Part shown: positions 26,014-34,065 of the stretch, in pieces
Layout: each line of letters opens with the position of its first letter
Numbering within the stretch: position 1 is the stretch's first letter
From: Limisphaerales bacterium
GTDB lineage: Bacteria; Verrucomicrobiota; Verrucomicrobiia; Limisphaerales; SXQI01
Direction: 5' to 3'
NCBI GenBank assembly: GCA_044226545.1
Contig: JBGAGW010000003.1
Location: 431,823-495,822 of the forward strand
Length of the DNA: 64,000 nt
The notes under the pieces: model-generated
The model's input: the letters and a program-made list of their open reading frames with translations, nothing else
Databases searched by the model: none
What the model was told of the DNA's origin: nothing
Position numbers and translations under genes: made by a program

Positions 26014-26056
26014 ACCGGCGGAACAGAAAGAATTTCTCACGGTTGCGAGTCGAAGG

Positions 26057-26091
26057 GCGCGCCGTTCCGTGCCGAACCTGGGACGGCGCGC
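26057..26091 (+). other. GC-rich hairpin between mraZ and the LysM gene
   Basis: GCGCGCCGT (26057-26065) pairs with ACGGCGCGC (26083-26091), giving a 9-bp stem and a 17-nt loop. There is no U-run, so it is not a classic terminator. Confidence 0.3.
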
Positions 26092-26157
26092 ACCTTAAAG
26101 CCAAAGCGGTGACTCGCGGGGTTCCTCCTCCGCATTTCAACCCATTCCTCCCGAGCC

Positions 26158-26751
26158 ATGAGCGAAACAACTAGCCTGAACACGGAATTGCTTTCTGCCG
26201 ACGCGCGTGGACGCAAACATGTCCCATTCGCCGTCTTCGCGGTGATCCTCGTGCACATCATCCTATTCCTTGTGCTGCTGATCGCTGCGGGATGCCGAGC
26301 GAAAGCGCGCGCCAAACGGAATCTCCAGCCCGCGCCGGAAATGATGGCGCAGAAGGCCCCGCAACCCCTTTTGGCTATTGCCCCCCTCTCAACGAACGCT
26401 CCTGCTCCAACGCCAGCTCCAGCGACGCCGCTAGGGATTGCTCCAGCGTTGATCCAACCGGTGATCGCGACTGAACCGCCATTGGAAAAAGCCGTTACTT
26501 CTCCTGCGCCCATTCGCAAAGCCGCGCAAAAGAGTTCGCCTGCTCCATTGCAACGTCCAACCGCGAACCAGACGCGCAAAGCGAAAGTGTATGTGGTCAA
26601 GGCGGGCGACACCTTCGAGAAAATCGCTAAGATGCACGGCACCTCTGTGCAGGCGATCAAATCTGAAAACAATCTGAAAAATCAACTGTTGAAACCTGGT
26701 CAACAACTTCGGGTCAGCAGCCAGAAACCAAAAACATCCACCGAGGTTTAA
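26158..26751 (+). CDS. LysM domain membrane protein
   Basis: It has an N-terminal TM helix (VPFAVFAVILVHIILFLVLLIAAG) and a P/A-rich linker. The C-terminal LysM domain is YVVKAGDTFEKIAKMHGTSVQAIKSENNLKNQLLKPGQQLRV. Confidence 0.85.
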   Translation: MSETTSLNTELLSADARGRKHVPFAVFAVILVHIILFLVLLIAAGCRAKARAKRNLQPAPEMMAQKAPQPLLAIAPLSTNAPAPTPAPATPLGIAPALIQPVIATEPPLEKAVTSPAPIRKAAQKSSPAPLQRPTANQTRKAKVYVVKAGDTFEKIAKMHGTSVQAIKSENNLKNQLLKPGQQLRVSSQKPKTSTEV

Positions 26752-27189
26752 GCATGGAAACTTCCACATCGACAATTTCCGGGACGAGTAGCGTTGTTGT
26801 CTGGGTCATAGTGAAGGGGACAGAGCAGTAGTCGCTCTGTCTCCTCTTGCCCCGCTATCTCCCTTTTCGACCGTTGAAGCATTCTCATTTGGAAAATGCG
26901 ACAACGGCATCAAGCTCCGTACTGCCCCTGCCCTTCTGCCAGGGGTTCGCAGAAAAAGGCTACACCTTCGATGATTTGATGATTCGGCGAGCCATAAGAC
27001 GCGTTCAACAACTTCAGCTCAGGCGTTCAGGAAAAGCCTGAGTGCCATTGAGTGTTACCATCAAAATCCTTTAGAGATCAGTCCCGCTGTGAGCGACCTT
27101 GGTTCTTTTGTTTACTACGCCCAGGTCGGCGCAGTCAGGGACGCTTGAGGAAAAACGGGCGGGCTGGGCCGGAGGAAAAAACCAAGAAT

Positions 27190-27300
27190 ATGTTAACACT
27201 CATTAAAGTCGCGGTCGCAGTGGCGATCGGGTTCGCTTTCGTCAATCCATCTTCGACCCCGAAGGCGGATGCCAACTGCAAATGCCACGCCGATACGTGA
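27190..27300 (+). CDS. Small Cys-containing pre-peptide, paralog 1 (36 aa)
   Basis: The peptide is MLTLIKVAVAVAIGFAFVNPSSTPKADANCKCHADT*. It is embedded in ORF-track entry 27052..27300. The ATG at 27190 is fixed by alignment to paralog 2, and a GGAGG lies upstream at ~27171. The two paralogs differ at 17 synonymous versus 9 nonsynonymous codons. Confidence 0.65.
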   Translation: MLTLIKVAVAVAIGFAFVNPSSTPKADANCKCHADT

Positions 27301-27356
27301 AAAGCGTGGCTGCTGTTTAATACAGCGCCGTTAAGGATAATCGCAAAACCAAGCCT

Positions 27357-27470
27357 ATGTTGACTCTTATCAAAATCGCGGTGGCGGTGGCCATCGGTTA
27401 CGCGTTCGTGGATCCTTCGTTCTCACCAAAGAGCGCGGGAGCCAATTGCAAATGTTCGGCAGACGCGTAG
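27357..27470 (+). CDS. Small Cys-containing pre-peptide, paralog 2 (37 aa; absent from the ORF track)
   Basis: Hand translation gives MLTLIKIAVAVAIGYAFVDPSFSPKSAGANCKCSADA*. An in-frame TAA 36 nt upstream prevents any extension. The AAAACCAAG motif upstream of the ATG is shared with paralog 1. Confidence 0.65.
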   Translation: MLTLIKIAVAVAIGYAFVDPSFSPKSAGANCKCSADA

Positions 27471-27512
27471 GAAAACGCGACCCAACACAATAATGCAGCA
27501 GGATTTGGAGCT

Positions 27513-27592
27513 TCCTCCACTCGGCGGTTCCTCCGACTCGCAACGGTGCAAATGTTGGTCGGTAAAAATTCCTGCAAGGACCGAGTGGAGGA
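27513..27592 (+). promoter_or_regulatory. Candidate structured RNA element between the peptide genes and lgt
   Basis: A 12-bp outer stem pairs TCCTCCACTCGG (27513-27524) with CCGAGTGGAGGA (27581-27592). It encloses an inner CCGAC/GTCGG helix (27533-27537 / 27558-27562). A CUC-UUCG-GAG tetraloop hairpin follows at ~27620-27640. Confidence 0.3.
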
Positions 27593-27662
27593 TGATTTGG
27601 GGCCGGTTTCATTGTGGATGGGGACTTCCACTCTTCGGAGGGAAGCCAGGGGAAGTGGGTGA

Positions 27663-28562
27663 ATGAAACCGGCCCTCTTTACGTACCCTTATGTAGCATC
27701 GTACTCTACCATGATGTTACTCGGCTTTGTCGCCGGTTGGTGGCTGGCCCGCCGACGCGCCCCCCTCTTCGGCATGGCGCCGAAGCACATGGACAATATC
27801 GGACTGATCCTGCCACTGGCGGGACTTTTCGGCGCACGGTTTTTCGCCCGCCTTTTCTACGCAAAAGTTCCATTCGTTGAAGCGCTGAAATTCTGGGAAG
27901 GCGATGGTCTGGTTTTCTACGGCGGTTTTTTATTCTGCATCGCGGCCATTTTGATTTATGGCGCAGTTCGCAAACTAAATCTGGTGAAGCTGTGTGACTG
28001 CCTCGCACCGAGTGCGGCTGTCGGCCTGGCTTTCGGACGCGTCGGGTGTTTTCTCGGCGGCTGCTGCTGGGGAGATCTCTGCGTGGATAGCGCAACACTC
28101 TCCCGGATCGACCGTGATGTGGCCCAGCAAATCCACACCGTGCCGGCGATTTCCCGGGACAATTGGTTTATGGCCGTCCGTTTCCCGCCGAAGAGCGAAC
28201 CGTTCAAGCAGCAGGTAAAGCTCGGATTAATCAGCGCCAACGCCGAAATATCGCTCCCGGTCCATCCGGTGCAGTTGTACGAAGCGGTCCTCGCCGGATT
28301 GGTCGCCTGGTTACTGCACCGGCGGTTTCGCCCCGGCGAAACTGGAGGCGCCTCGTTAGGTTTGCTCGCGGGCTATGCCGTGGTTCGCTTTTTGACCGAG
28401 TATTTACGGGCAGATAATAAGCCCTATGCATTGGGGCTCACCATTTCTCAGGTCATTTCGGTGGAGATTTTCTTGTTTTGCGGAGCGGCGCTCATCATCG
28501 GACAACTGATACGAAAAAAGGACGAGCCGCGCCGCGTGGTTGGCCAGACGATAACCGCCTGA
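27663..28562 (+). CDS. lgt: Prolipoprotein diacylglyceryl transferase, paralog 1 (with insertion)
   Basis: The call rests on YSTMMLLGFVAGWWLARRRA..., GLVFYGGFLF, GRVGCFLGGCCWG and HPVQLYEAVL. A ~45-aa insert lies between the GCCWG and HPVQLYE motifs. Confidence 0.9.
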   Translation: MKPALFTYPYVASYSTMMLLGFVAGWWLARRRAPLFGMAPKHMDNIGLILPLAGLFGARFFARLFYAKVPFVEALKFWEGDGLVFYGGFLFCIAAILIYGAVRKLNLVKLCDCLAPSAAVGLAFGRVGCFLGGCCWGDLCVDSATLSRIDRDVAQQIHTVPAISRDNWFMAVRFPPKSEPFKQQVKLGLISANAEISLPVHPVQLYEAVLAGLVAWLLHRRFRPGETGGASLGLLAGYAVVRFLTEYLRADNKPYALGLTISQVISVEIFLFCGAALIIGQLIRKKDEPRRVVGQTITA

Positions 28563-28718
28563 CAATTGCGATTTGCGGCGCTGCGGGCGCCAAGATTCGC
28601 AGATAATCAGCGCTGTCATCCGGGCGCCTTACGCCTGGGTCGGTTTCTTTGCGCCCATTACAAAAAGCTTACAGAAAAGTAATGCAACAAACCACCACGT
28701 TGCGGGGTCAACGAGATC

Positions 28719-29003
28719 ATGAACGCAGTATGGTGCGAAGTTGGAACAAGACATTATCCGGCCGTGGAAATTGCGCCGCAGCATTACGCGCGCGTGGGAG
28801 TGCTGCCCGCCCAGCAACGGCATTGCCCGTTTTGCGATTCGATCATTTACAGCCGGCGCCACAAGCTCTGCGGTGTGTGCTCTCACGAACTGCCCGAGCA
28901 GATTTTGTTCAGTCCGGAGCAGGCAAACAACGTGACGTCGATGCTCCGTGACGAACAACAGCGGCACCGCGCGTGGTTGCATCGAAATAACTTTGCGAAC
29001 TGA
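28719..29003 (+). CDS. Hypothetical zinc-ribbon protein
   Basis: The 94-aa protein has a CPFC-x11-CGVC motif. There is no other homology signal. Confidence 0.45.
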   Translation: MNAVWCEVGTRHYPAVEIAPQHYARVGVLPAQQRHCPFCDSIIYSRRHKLCGVCSHELPEQILFSPEQANNVTSMLRDEQQRHRAWLHRNNFAN

Positions 29004-29080
29004 GTGGCAAAAATTTCGGAATATTTTTGAGCAATTGCGGCCTTTGACGAATCCAACAGAAAGCGATACAAAAAGAGTAG

Positions 29081-30160
29081 ATGACCGGGAGACGCATTTC
29101 GATTCTTGTAGCCGCCATTTTTGGCTGCGCCGCGGCTGTTTACGCCGCCGATAACAAAGTTGAATTGCGAGGCAGCACTGAGCTCGATTTGCCCAAGCCC
29201 AAACGGAACATCGATACGGATCGAAAGTTAAACGATCAACCTGACCGTCCCACCCCTGAAGGCGCGTTGCCGCCGGGACGAGTCGACAATTCCCCATTGT
29301 TGAACAAAAAAGTTCGCCAGGAACTCGACAAGCAGAAGAACTGGATCTTCATGAATCCGCGGGAGCAGCAGTTTGACAGCAAAGCTGAAGAGTTCATGAA
29401 AGGCGAAAAGGGAACTGGACTGTATGGGAACCGGTTGATGCAGAGCGATGATGACCGCACGATGGTCCAGAAATTTCTAGAACGCGATCAGCGCAATCGC
29501 GACGACAAGGATGATGATCGAGACAATGATCGATCTGATCGTTCGAAAGACAAGGACAGTTTTCTGCCGAAGCGTGATGACGACGATCTGAAGGAGAACA
29601 CGAGGGATGGCGGTATTCCGAAGTCGCAGTTTGATACCGCCATTTTCAAGTCAGGACCCGGCGCCGATCCATTTGGCGGCGGTCTCCTCGATAACAAAAT
29701 GCAGCGCACTCCCTTCAGTGATTCGAATTTCTCTGGCCAGAACGCACGAGCGCTGGATAAAGACGAACTTCGGCAACAACAGATCGCCCACGAGCAGGAG
29801 TTCAATAGTATCCTCCAGTCCCGGCCCGGTTCGTCGACCTCTTTCGGCAAGATCGATACGTTGAATCCTGCAGCCGATGTGGGGCGCCTTGACATCGGCG
29901 GGACGTCAGGACGCCGTTCCGATCCCTACGCGGTCGGCGCGCGCGGAGGCCCAAACATCGCCACGTTTACCGACGGGGCACCTTCTTCTTTTGGTAATCG
30001 TTCGGAAATCGGTGCGCGAAATTTTGCCGATAGCTTGCCCTCATTCGGTGCTCCGCAGGCGGGCCCTTCCTTCGCACCGGCGCCTATTCAGGTGCTCCCG
30101 AATCGTTCCAGCGCTCCCCCACCCTCCATCGCGCCCACTGTTCCGATGCGAAAGTTTTAG
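29081..30160 (+). CDS. Hypothetical secreted, highly charged low-complexity protein
   Basis: It has a signal peptide (MTGRRISILVAAIFGCAAAVYA) and a D/R/K-rich segment (DQRNRDDKDDDRDNDRSDRSKDKD). Its stop overlaps the moeA stop as TTAG at 30157-30160. Confidence 0.6.
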   Translation: MTGRRISILVAAIFGCAAAVYAADNKVELRGSTELDLPKPKRNIDTDRKLNDQPDRPTPEGALPPGRVDNSPLLNKKVRQELDKQKNWIFMNPREQQFDSKAEEFMKGEKGTGLYGNRLMQSDDDRTMVQKFLERDQRNRDDKDDDRDNDRSDRSKDKDSFLPKRDDDDLKENTRDGGIPKSQFDTAIFKSGPGADPFGGGLLDNKMQRTPFSDSNFSGQNARALDKDELRQQQIAHEQEFNSILQSRPGSSTSFGKIDTLNPAADVGRLDIGGTSGRRSDPYAVGARGGPNIATFTDGAPSSFGNRSEIGARNFADSLPSFGAPQAGPSFAPAPIQVLPNRSSAPPPSIAPTVPMRKF

Positions 30161-31362
30161 GCTTCCGGCAGTTCCCAAATTATCGCTCTGACGCGACTTC
30201 CCGGCTTCAGCTCGGCCCCTGGCGGAAGGTCGAGTAACCCGTTCGCCTGGCTCAGTGAGCCGATCATGTGCGACTTCTGACCGCCAACCGAAAAAATTTG
30301 CCCGTTCTCCCAACGCACGCGGACGAAGTGTCTGCGATCGCCGCGATTGATCATTGAGTCAGTGAGTTCGCCTTCAATTATTGGCCACCCGCAATTCGTC
30401 GCCCCCTGCATTTTCAGAATGGCGGGTCGGACCAGCAGAAGAAAAGTGACGAAACCTGAGACAGGATTGCCCGGCAAACCGAAGAGAAATTTTCCATTCA
30501 GTTGGCCGAAGGTGAACGGTTTTCCCGGACGCATCGCGATTTGCCACAGGTCCAGCGAGCCACCCAGCGCCTGAAATGCCTGCTTCACAAAATCGTATTC
30601 ACCGACCGAAACCCCTCCGCTGGTGATGACCAGGTCCGCACTGGCAAAGGCACGGGTAAGTGCGTCCATCGTGCTCTGTAGATTGTCTGGCACAATTGGA
30701 TGTTGATCGATCACGCATTTCAATGGCGCAAGAAAGGCGCTTAGCATCGCTCGATTGCTCTCATAAATGGTTCCAGAACGAAGCTCAGCTCCTGGTTCGA
30801 GCAATTCATTACCCGTCGCGAGCACGGCAATTCGGCAACTCCTACGGATCGGCACGGACGCGAACCCGGTTGCCGCCAGCAAACCGATACGCGTCGCAGT
30901 CAATCTTACACCGGCGGTCACAACGGTCGCGCCTGCGCGGACATCTTCCCCGCGCAGTCGAACGTTCTCGAGTGGCTTCACTGGCTCGACAAAACGAACC
31001 TGATCGCCTTCGCCCCCAACATCTTCCTGCATCACCACCGCATTGGCGCCCTCCGGCATCATCGAACCGGTAAAGATACGGGCGCATTGCCCAGCGGTCA
31101 GTGCGTTCTGCGAATGCTCTCCTGCAGCGACGCGCCTAGTGCATTGAAGGATTACCGGGCGGTCGACGGTGGCCGTTTTCAAGTCCTCCCATTGAACCGC
31201 GTAGCCATCCATCGCGGAATTATCGAAGCCGGGCAGATCCACCCTGGCGAATAGATCGCTCGCAGCGTAGCAGCCGGGGGCTTGGGCAAGCGGAGCATTG
31301 ATTTGGGAAAGCGGCGTTACTGCAGCAAGAATGCGCGCGCTCGCATCTTCAACTGAAATCAT
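30157..31362 (-). CDS. moeA: Molybdopterin molybdotransferase MoeA
   Basis: The call rests on MISVEDASARIL..., LPGFDNSAMDGYAV, ITSGGVSVGEYDFVK and LPGNPVSGFVTF. Confidence 0.93.
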   Translation of the reverse strand: MISVEDASARILAAVTPLSQINAPLAQAPGCYAASDLFARVDLPGFDNSAMDGYAVQWEDLKTATVDRPVILQCTRRVAAGEHSQNALTAGQCARIFTGSMMPEGANAVVMQEDVGGEGDQVRFVEPVKPLENVRLRGEDVRAGATVVTAGVRLTATRIGLLAATGFASVPIRRSCRIAVLATGNELLEPGAELRSGTIYESNRAMLSAFLAPLKCVIDQHPIVPDNLQSTMDALTRAFASADLVITSGGVSVGEYDFVKQAFQALGGSLDLWQIAMRPGKPFTFGQLNGKFLFGLPGNPVSGFVTFLLLVRPAILKMQGATNCGWPIIEGELTDSMINRGDRRHFVRVRWENGQIFSVGGQKSHMIGSLSQANGLLDLPPGAELKPGSRVRAIIWELPEA

Positions 31363-31373
31363 CGTCTGGAACT

Positions 31374-33113
31374 TTAGTGATTTGAGGTCAACACCAACAC
31401 TTGTTCCAATGTTGAGATACCTTCCTTCACTTTGTCCAGTGCGACCATGCGCAACGTTTTCATCCCCTGCGAAATCGCGATCTTGCTGATTTCCATCGCG
31501 CTGCTTCGTTCGATGACCAGCTTGCGAATTTCATCGGTAACCGTCATCGCCTCGATAATGGCGATACGACCCGCGTAACCAGTTGTTTTGCACCGTTCAC
31601 AACCGCGGCCGCGATAAAGCGTGACGCCCTCGAAGAAATTCGGATCGATGCCGAGATCCTGAAACATACGCGGCGGGTAGGTCACCTTCTCTTTGCACAT
31701 CGGGCAGATGCGGCGCATCAGCCGTTGCGCGCAAGCCAGGATCACGGATGAGGAAATCAGGAACGGCGCGATACCCATGTCATCGAGACGGGCGATTGCA
31801 CCCGCCGCATCATTACAGTGCATCGTGCTCAGCACCTGGTGACCGGTCAGCGCCGCTTCGACCGCGATTTCCGCCGTCTCCGAATCGCGGATTTCGCCGA
31901 TCATGCAAATGTCCGGGTCCTGCCGCAGAATCGAGCGCAACGCGCCGGCGAAAGTCAGGCCGATTTCCTTATTCACCGGCACTTGATTGATGCCGGGAAT
32001 TTGGAATTCGACCGGATCTTCTACCGTCACGATGTTGTAGTCCGGATTGTTCAGTTCGTTGAGCGCCGAATAAAGCGTGGTCGTTTTTCCCGAACCGGTC
32101 GGACCTGTGACGAGCAATAGGCCGTGTGGTGCGTCGACCGCTGCTTTGAATCTACGGAAAGTGTCCGTGTCCATCCCGAGCTTCTCGATGCTCGCGGAAA
32201 GGTTCGATTTATCGAGCACGCGGAGCACGCATTTTTCGCCGTGGACAGTGGGCAAAAAGGAAACGCGCAAATCGATGTCTTTGCCCGAAACACGCACGCG
32301 AATACGACCGTCCTGGGGAAGACGCCGTTCGGCGATATTCAGGTTGCTCATGATTTTCAGGCGCGACATGAGCGGGACCTGCATGTTTTTCGGCGGTGGC
32401 GTCGCGTCCATCAGCGCGCCGTCCACGCGGTAACGAAGGCGGACCGTCTTTTCGAAAGGCTCGATGTGAATATCGCTCGCCCGATCTTTCACCGCCTGAA
32501 CCAGGATCAAGTTGGCGAGCTTGATGACCGGCGCTTCCTGGGTCGAATCTTTGATTTCTTGTTCGGAGAGATCTTCTGAAATGTCGATGATCTGCTCGAC
32601 AACATTTTCGTTTTCCGTATCGAGCGCGTCCGCCTGCTTCTGCGCTTCGATAATCTCCTCCATGCTGCTGGTGCGTGTCTCCAGGTTATTCAGCTTGTCC
32701 ACGATCGATCGTTCCGAGGCGATCATGGGGGAGATATCCATCTTGGTGATCCGCTTGACGTCGTCGAGGGCGAGGACGTTCAGCGGGTCGGCCATGGCGA
32801 GATAGAGCCGATTATCGAGGCGCGAGACCGGCACGACCTTGTGATTCCGCGCGATTTCCTTCGGCAGCAAGTTCGAAACTTCGTAGGGAACGGAAATGCG
32901 CGAGAGGTTGATCGGGGCGGTGTTCAGGACGCGGCCCATCGAGACGACCATGTCCATCTCGCTGATGTAATTCTTCTCAACGAGAAGTTTTAGCAGTCGC
33001 GTGCCCTGCTTCTTCTGCTGTTCGAGCAACTCCGCGACCTGCCGTTGCGAAAGCAAGCCATCTTCGACCAGTGCGTCCGCGATTCTTTCGCCAAATGATT
33101 TGATGGGCGGCAT
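31374..33113 (-). CDS. GspE/PilB-family secretion ATPase with an MshEN-type N-terminal domain
   Basis: It has Walker A GPTGSGKTTT, Asp/His boxes and the tetracysteine cluster CPMCKEK...CERCKTTGYAGR. The N-terminal RIADALVEDGLLSQRQVAELLEQQ fits the 24-residue MshEN motif. Confidence 0.93.
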   Translation of the reverse strand: MPPIKSFGERIADALVEDGLLSQRQVAELLEQQKKQGTRLLKLLVEKNYISEMDMVVSMGRVLNTAPINLSRISVPYEVSNLLPKEIARNHKVVPVSRLDNRLYLAMADPLNVLALDDVKRITKMDISPMIASERSIVDKLNNLETRTSSMEEIIEAQKQADALDTENENVVEQIIDISEDLSEQEIKDSTQEAPVIKLANLILVQAVKDRASDIHIEPFEKTVRLRYRVDGALMDATPPPKNMQVPLMSRLKIMSNLNIAERRLPQDGRIRVRVSGKDIDLRVSFLPTVHGEKCVLRVLDKSNLSASIEKLGMDTDTFRRFKAAVDAPHGLLLVTGPTGSGKTTTLYSALNELNNPDYNIVTVEDPVEFQIPGINQVPVNKEIGLTFAGALRSILRQDPDICMIGEIRDSETAEIAVEAALTGHQVLSTMHCNDAAGAIARLDDMGIAPFLISSSVILACAQRLMRRICPMCKEKVTYPPRMFQDLGIDPNFFEGVTLYRGRGCERCKTTGYAGRIAIIEAMTVTDEIRKLVIERSSAMEISKIAISQGMKTLRMVALDKVKEGISTLEQVLVLTSNH

Positions 33114-33117
33114 GCTC

Positions 33118-33978
33118 TTAACGGAAGATCTTCTTCAACACCTTCATCAGTTCAGCCGGTTGCGACATGTACCAGATGACCTGCGCTTTGCTGTGTGTCT
33201 CAATTTCTTTGGCAACCTGCTTGTTATAGGGATTCGACGTCGCCACCAGAATCGACTTGCTCATCCGGTCAAAGGGCAGCACCGTCCAACGCATGCAAGT
33301 CTCTTTCGAAAAAGTCCGCGCGAATTCCACATCGACATCGTACTTTTCGATCGGGAGAAACGGCAGGCGCGTCTTCTCACAAATGAGTTTGAGACTTTTT
33401 TCGATCGGAACGATTCCGCGTTCGTTGAGGATGTGGATGAACGGATCGTTCGGATTTCGAACAGCATCTCGATAGTTCACTTTCGGCCAGAGCTGGTCGA
33501 ACTCCGTCGTGTTGATGTTCTTGGTCTCGACGAACAGCTCCTGCATCTGCTTTTTTCCGTCATCGACATCGGTAGGAATGGGCGCAGCTTCATGCGCTCC
33601 ATTCTTGCCGGCATGCCTGAGGGCACTGGCGGCAGTCTTTTTGTCGCTGTGCGGCGACGTTGCAATAGGCGCCGAAAAGCTGTTAGCCCGATGTTCTATT
33701 TCACCTAACGCACGACGAACGTCCGGATCGTCTGGGCGGGTTTGTAGAACACTTTCGTATTCAAGAATTGCCGATGAGAGTTGCCCGAGCTGAACGTAGG
33801 CTTCGGCTATTCGCTTGGAGGTGGTAATGACGTCGTCATGGCGGCCCAGCTTGAGGTAGGCTTCCTTGAGGATCTCCAGCGACTGGTAATCCATCGGCTG
33901 GCTCTGCGTGATAACCTCAAACATCTCAATTGTTTGCAGCAATTGAGCTTCTTCATTAGAGGTCAGAGCACTCGCCAT
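33118..33978 (-). CDS. TPR-like / T2SSE_N (GspE N-terminal-like) domain protein
   Basis: The N-terminal region is helical and TPR-like (LEILKEAYLKLGRHDDVITTSKRIAEAYVQLGQLSSAILEYESVL). The C-terminal LPFLPIEKYDVDVEFARTFSKETCMRWTVLPFDRMSKSILVATSNPYN resembles the T2SSE_N fold. Its stop is 4 nt before the ATPase start. Confidence 0.7.
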   Translation of the reverse strand: MASALTSNEEAQLLQTIEMFEVITQSQPMDYQSLEILKEAYLKLGRHDDVITTSKRIAEAYVQLGQLSSAILEYESVLQTRPDDPDVRRALGEIEHRANSFSAPIATSPHSDKKTAASALRHAGKNGAHEAAPIPTDVDDGKKQMQELFVETKNINTTEFDQLWPKVNYRDAVRNPNDPFIHILNERGIVPIEKSLKLICEKTRLPFLPIEKYDVDVEFARTFSKETCMRWTVLPFDRMSKSILVATSNPYNKQVAKEIETHSKAQVIWYMSQPAELMKVLKKIFR

Positions 33979-34065
33979 ACTTCACATTACTCGCCTTACT
34001 CATCGGCGGATCAACCTCCCAATTGAAGGAATTATTTTGTGCGAACCCGCCTGATTTCCAATCGG

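Noticed and set aside
26754-26831. 25-codon ATG ORF (METSTSTISGTSSVVVWVIVKGTEQ) just after the LysM gene, and a 27-codon ORF at ~26896 with a CPCPS motif
   Set aside because: Neither has a paralog, a Shine-Dalgarno sequence or any other support, and both overlap hairpin-forming sequence. I treat them as non-coding.
27052-27189. Upstream in-frame extension of small peptide 1 (82-aa ORF-track entry)
   Set aside because: Paralog 2 has an in-frame TAA 36 nt upstream of its ATG, and homology between the paralogs begins exactly at MLTLIK. The extension is basic and low-complexity and starts with a non-ATG codon.
27190-27470. Idea that the two small peptides are lipoprotein substrates of the adjacent lgt paralog
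   Set aside because: The residues before the first Cys are D-A-N-C and G-A-N-C, which do not match the lipobox [LVI][ASTVI][GAS]C. In addition the Cys lies 11-12 residues after the hydrophobic core. I keep this only as a remote possibility for a divergent Lgt.
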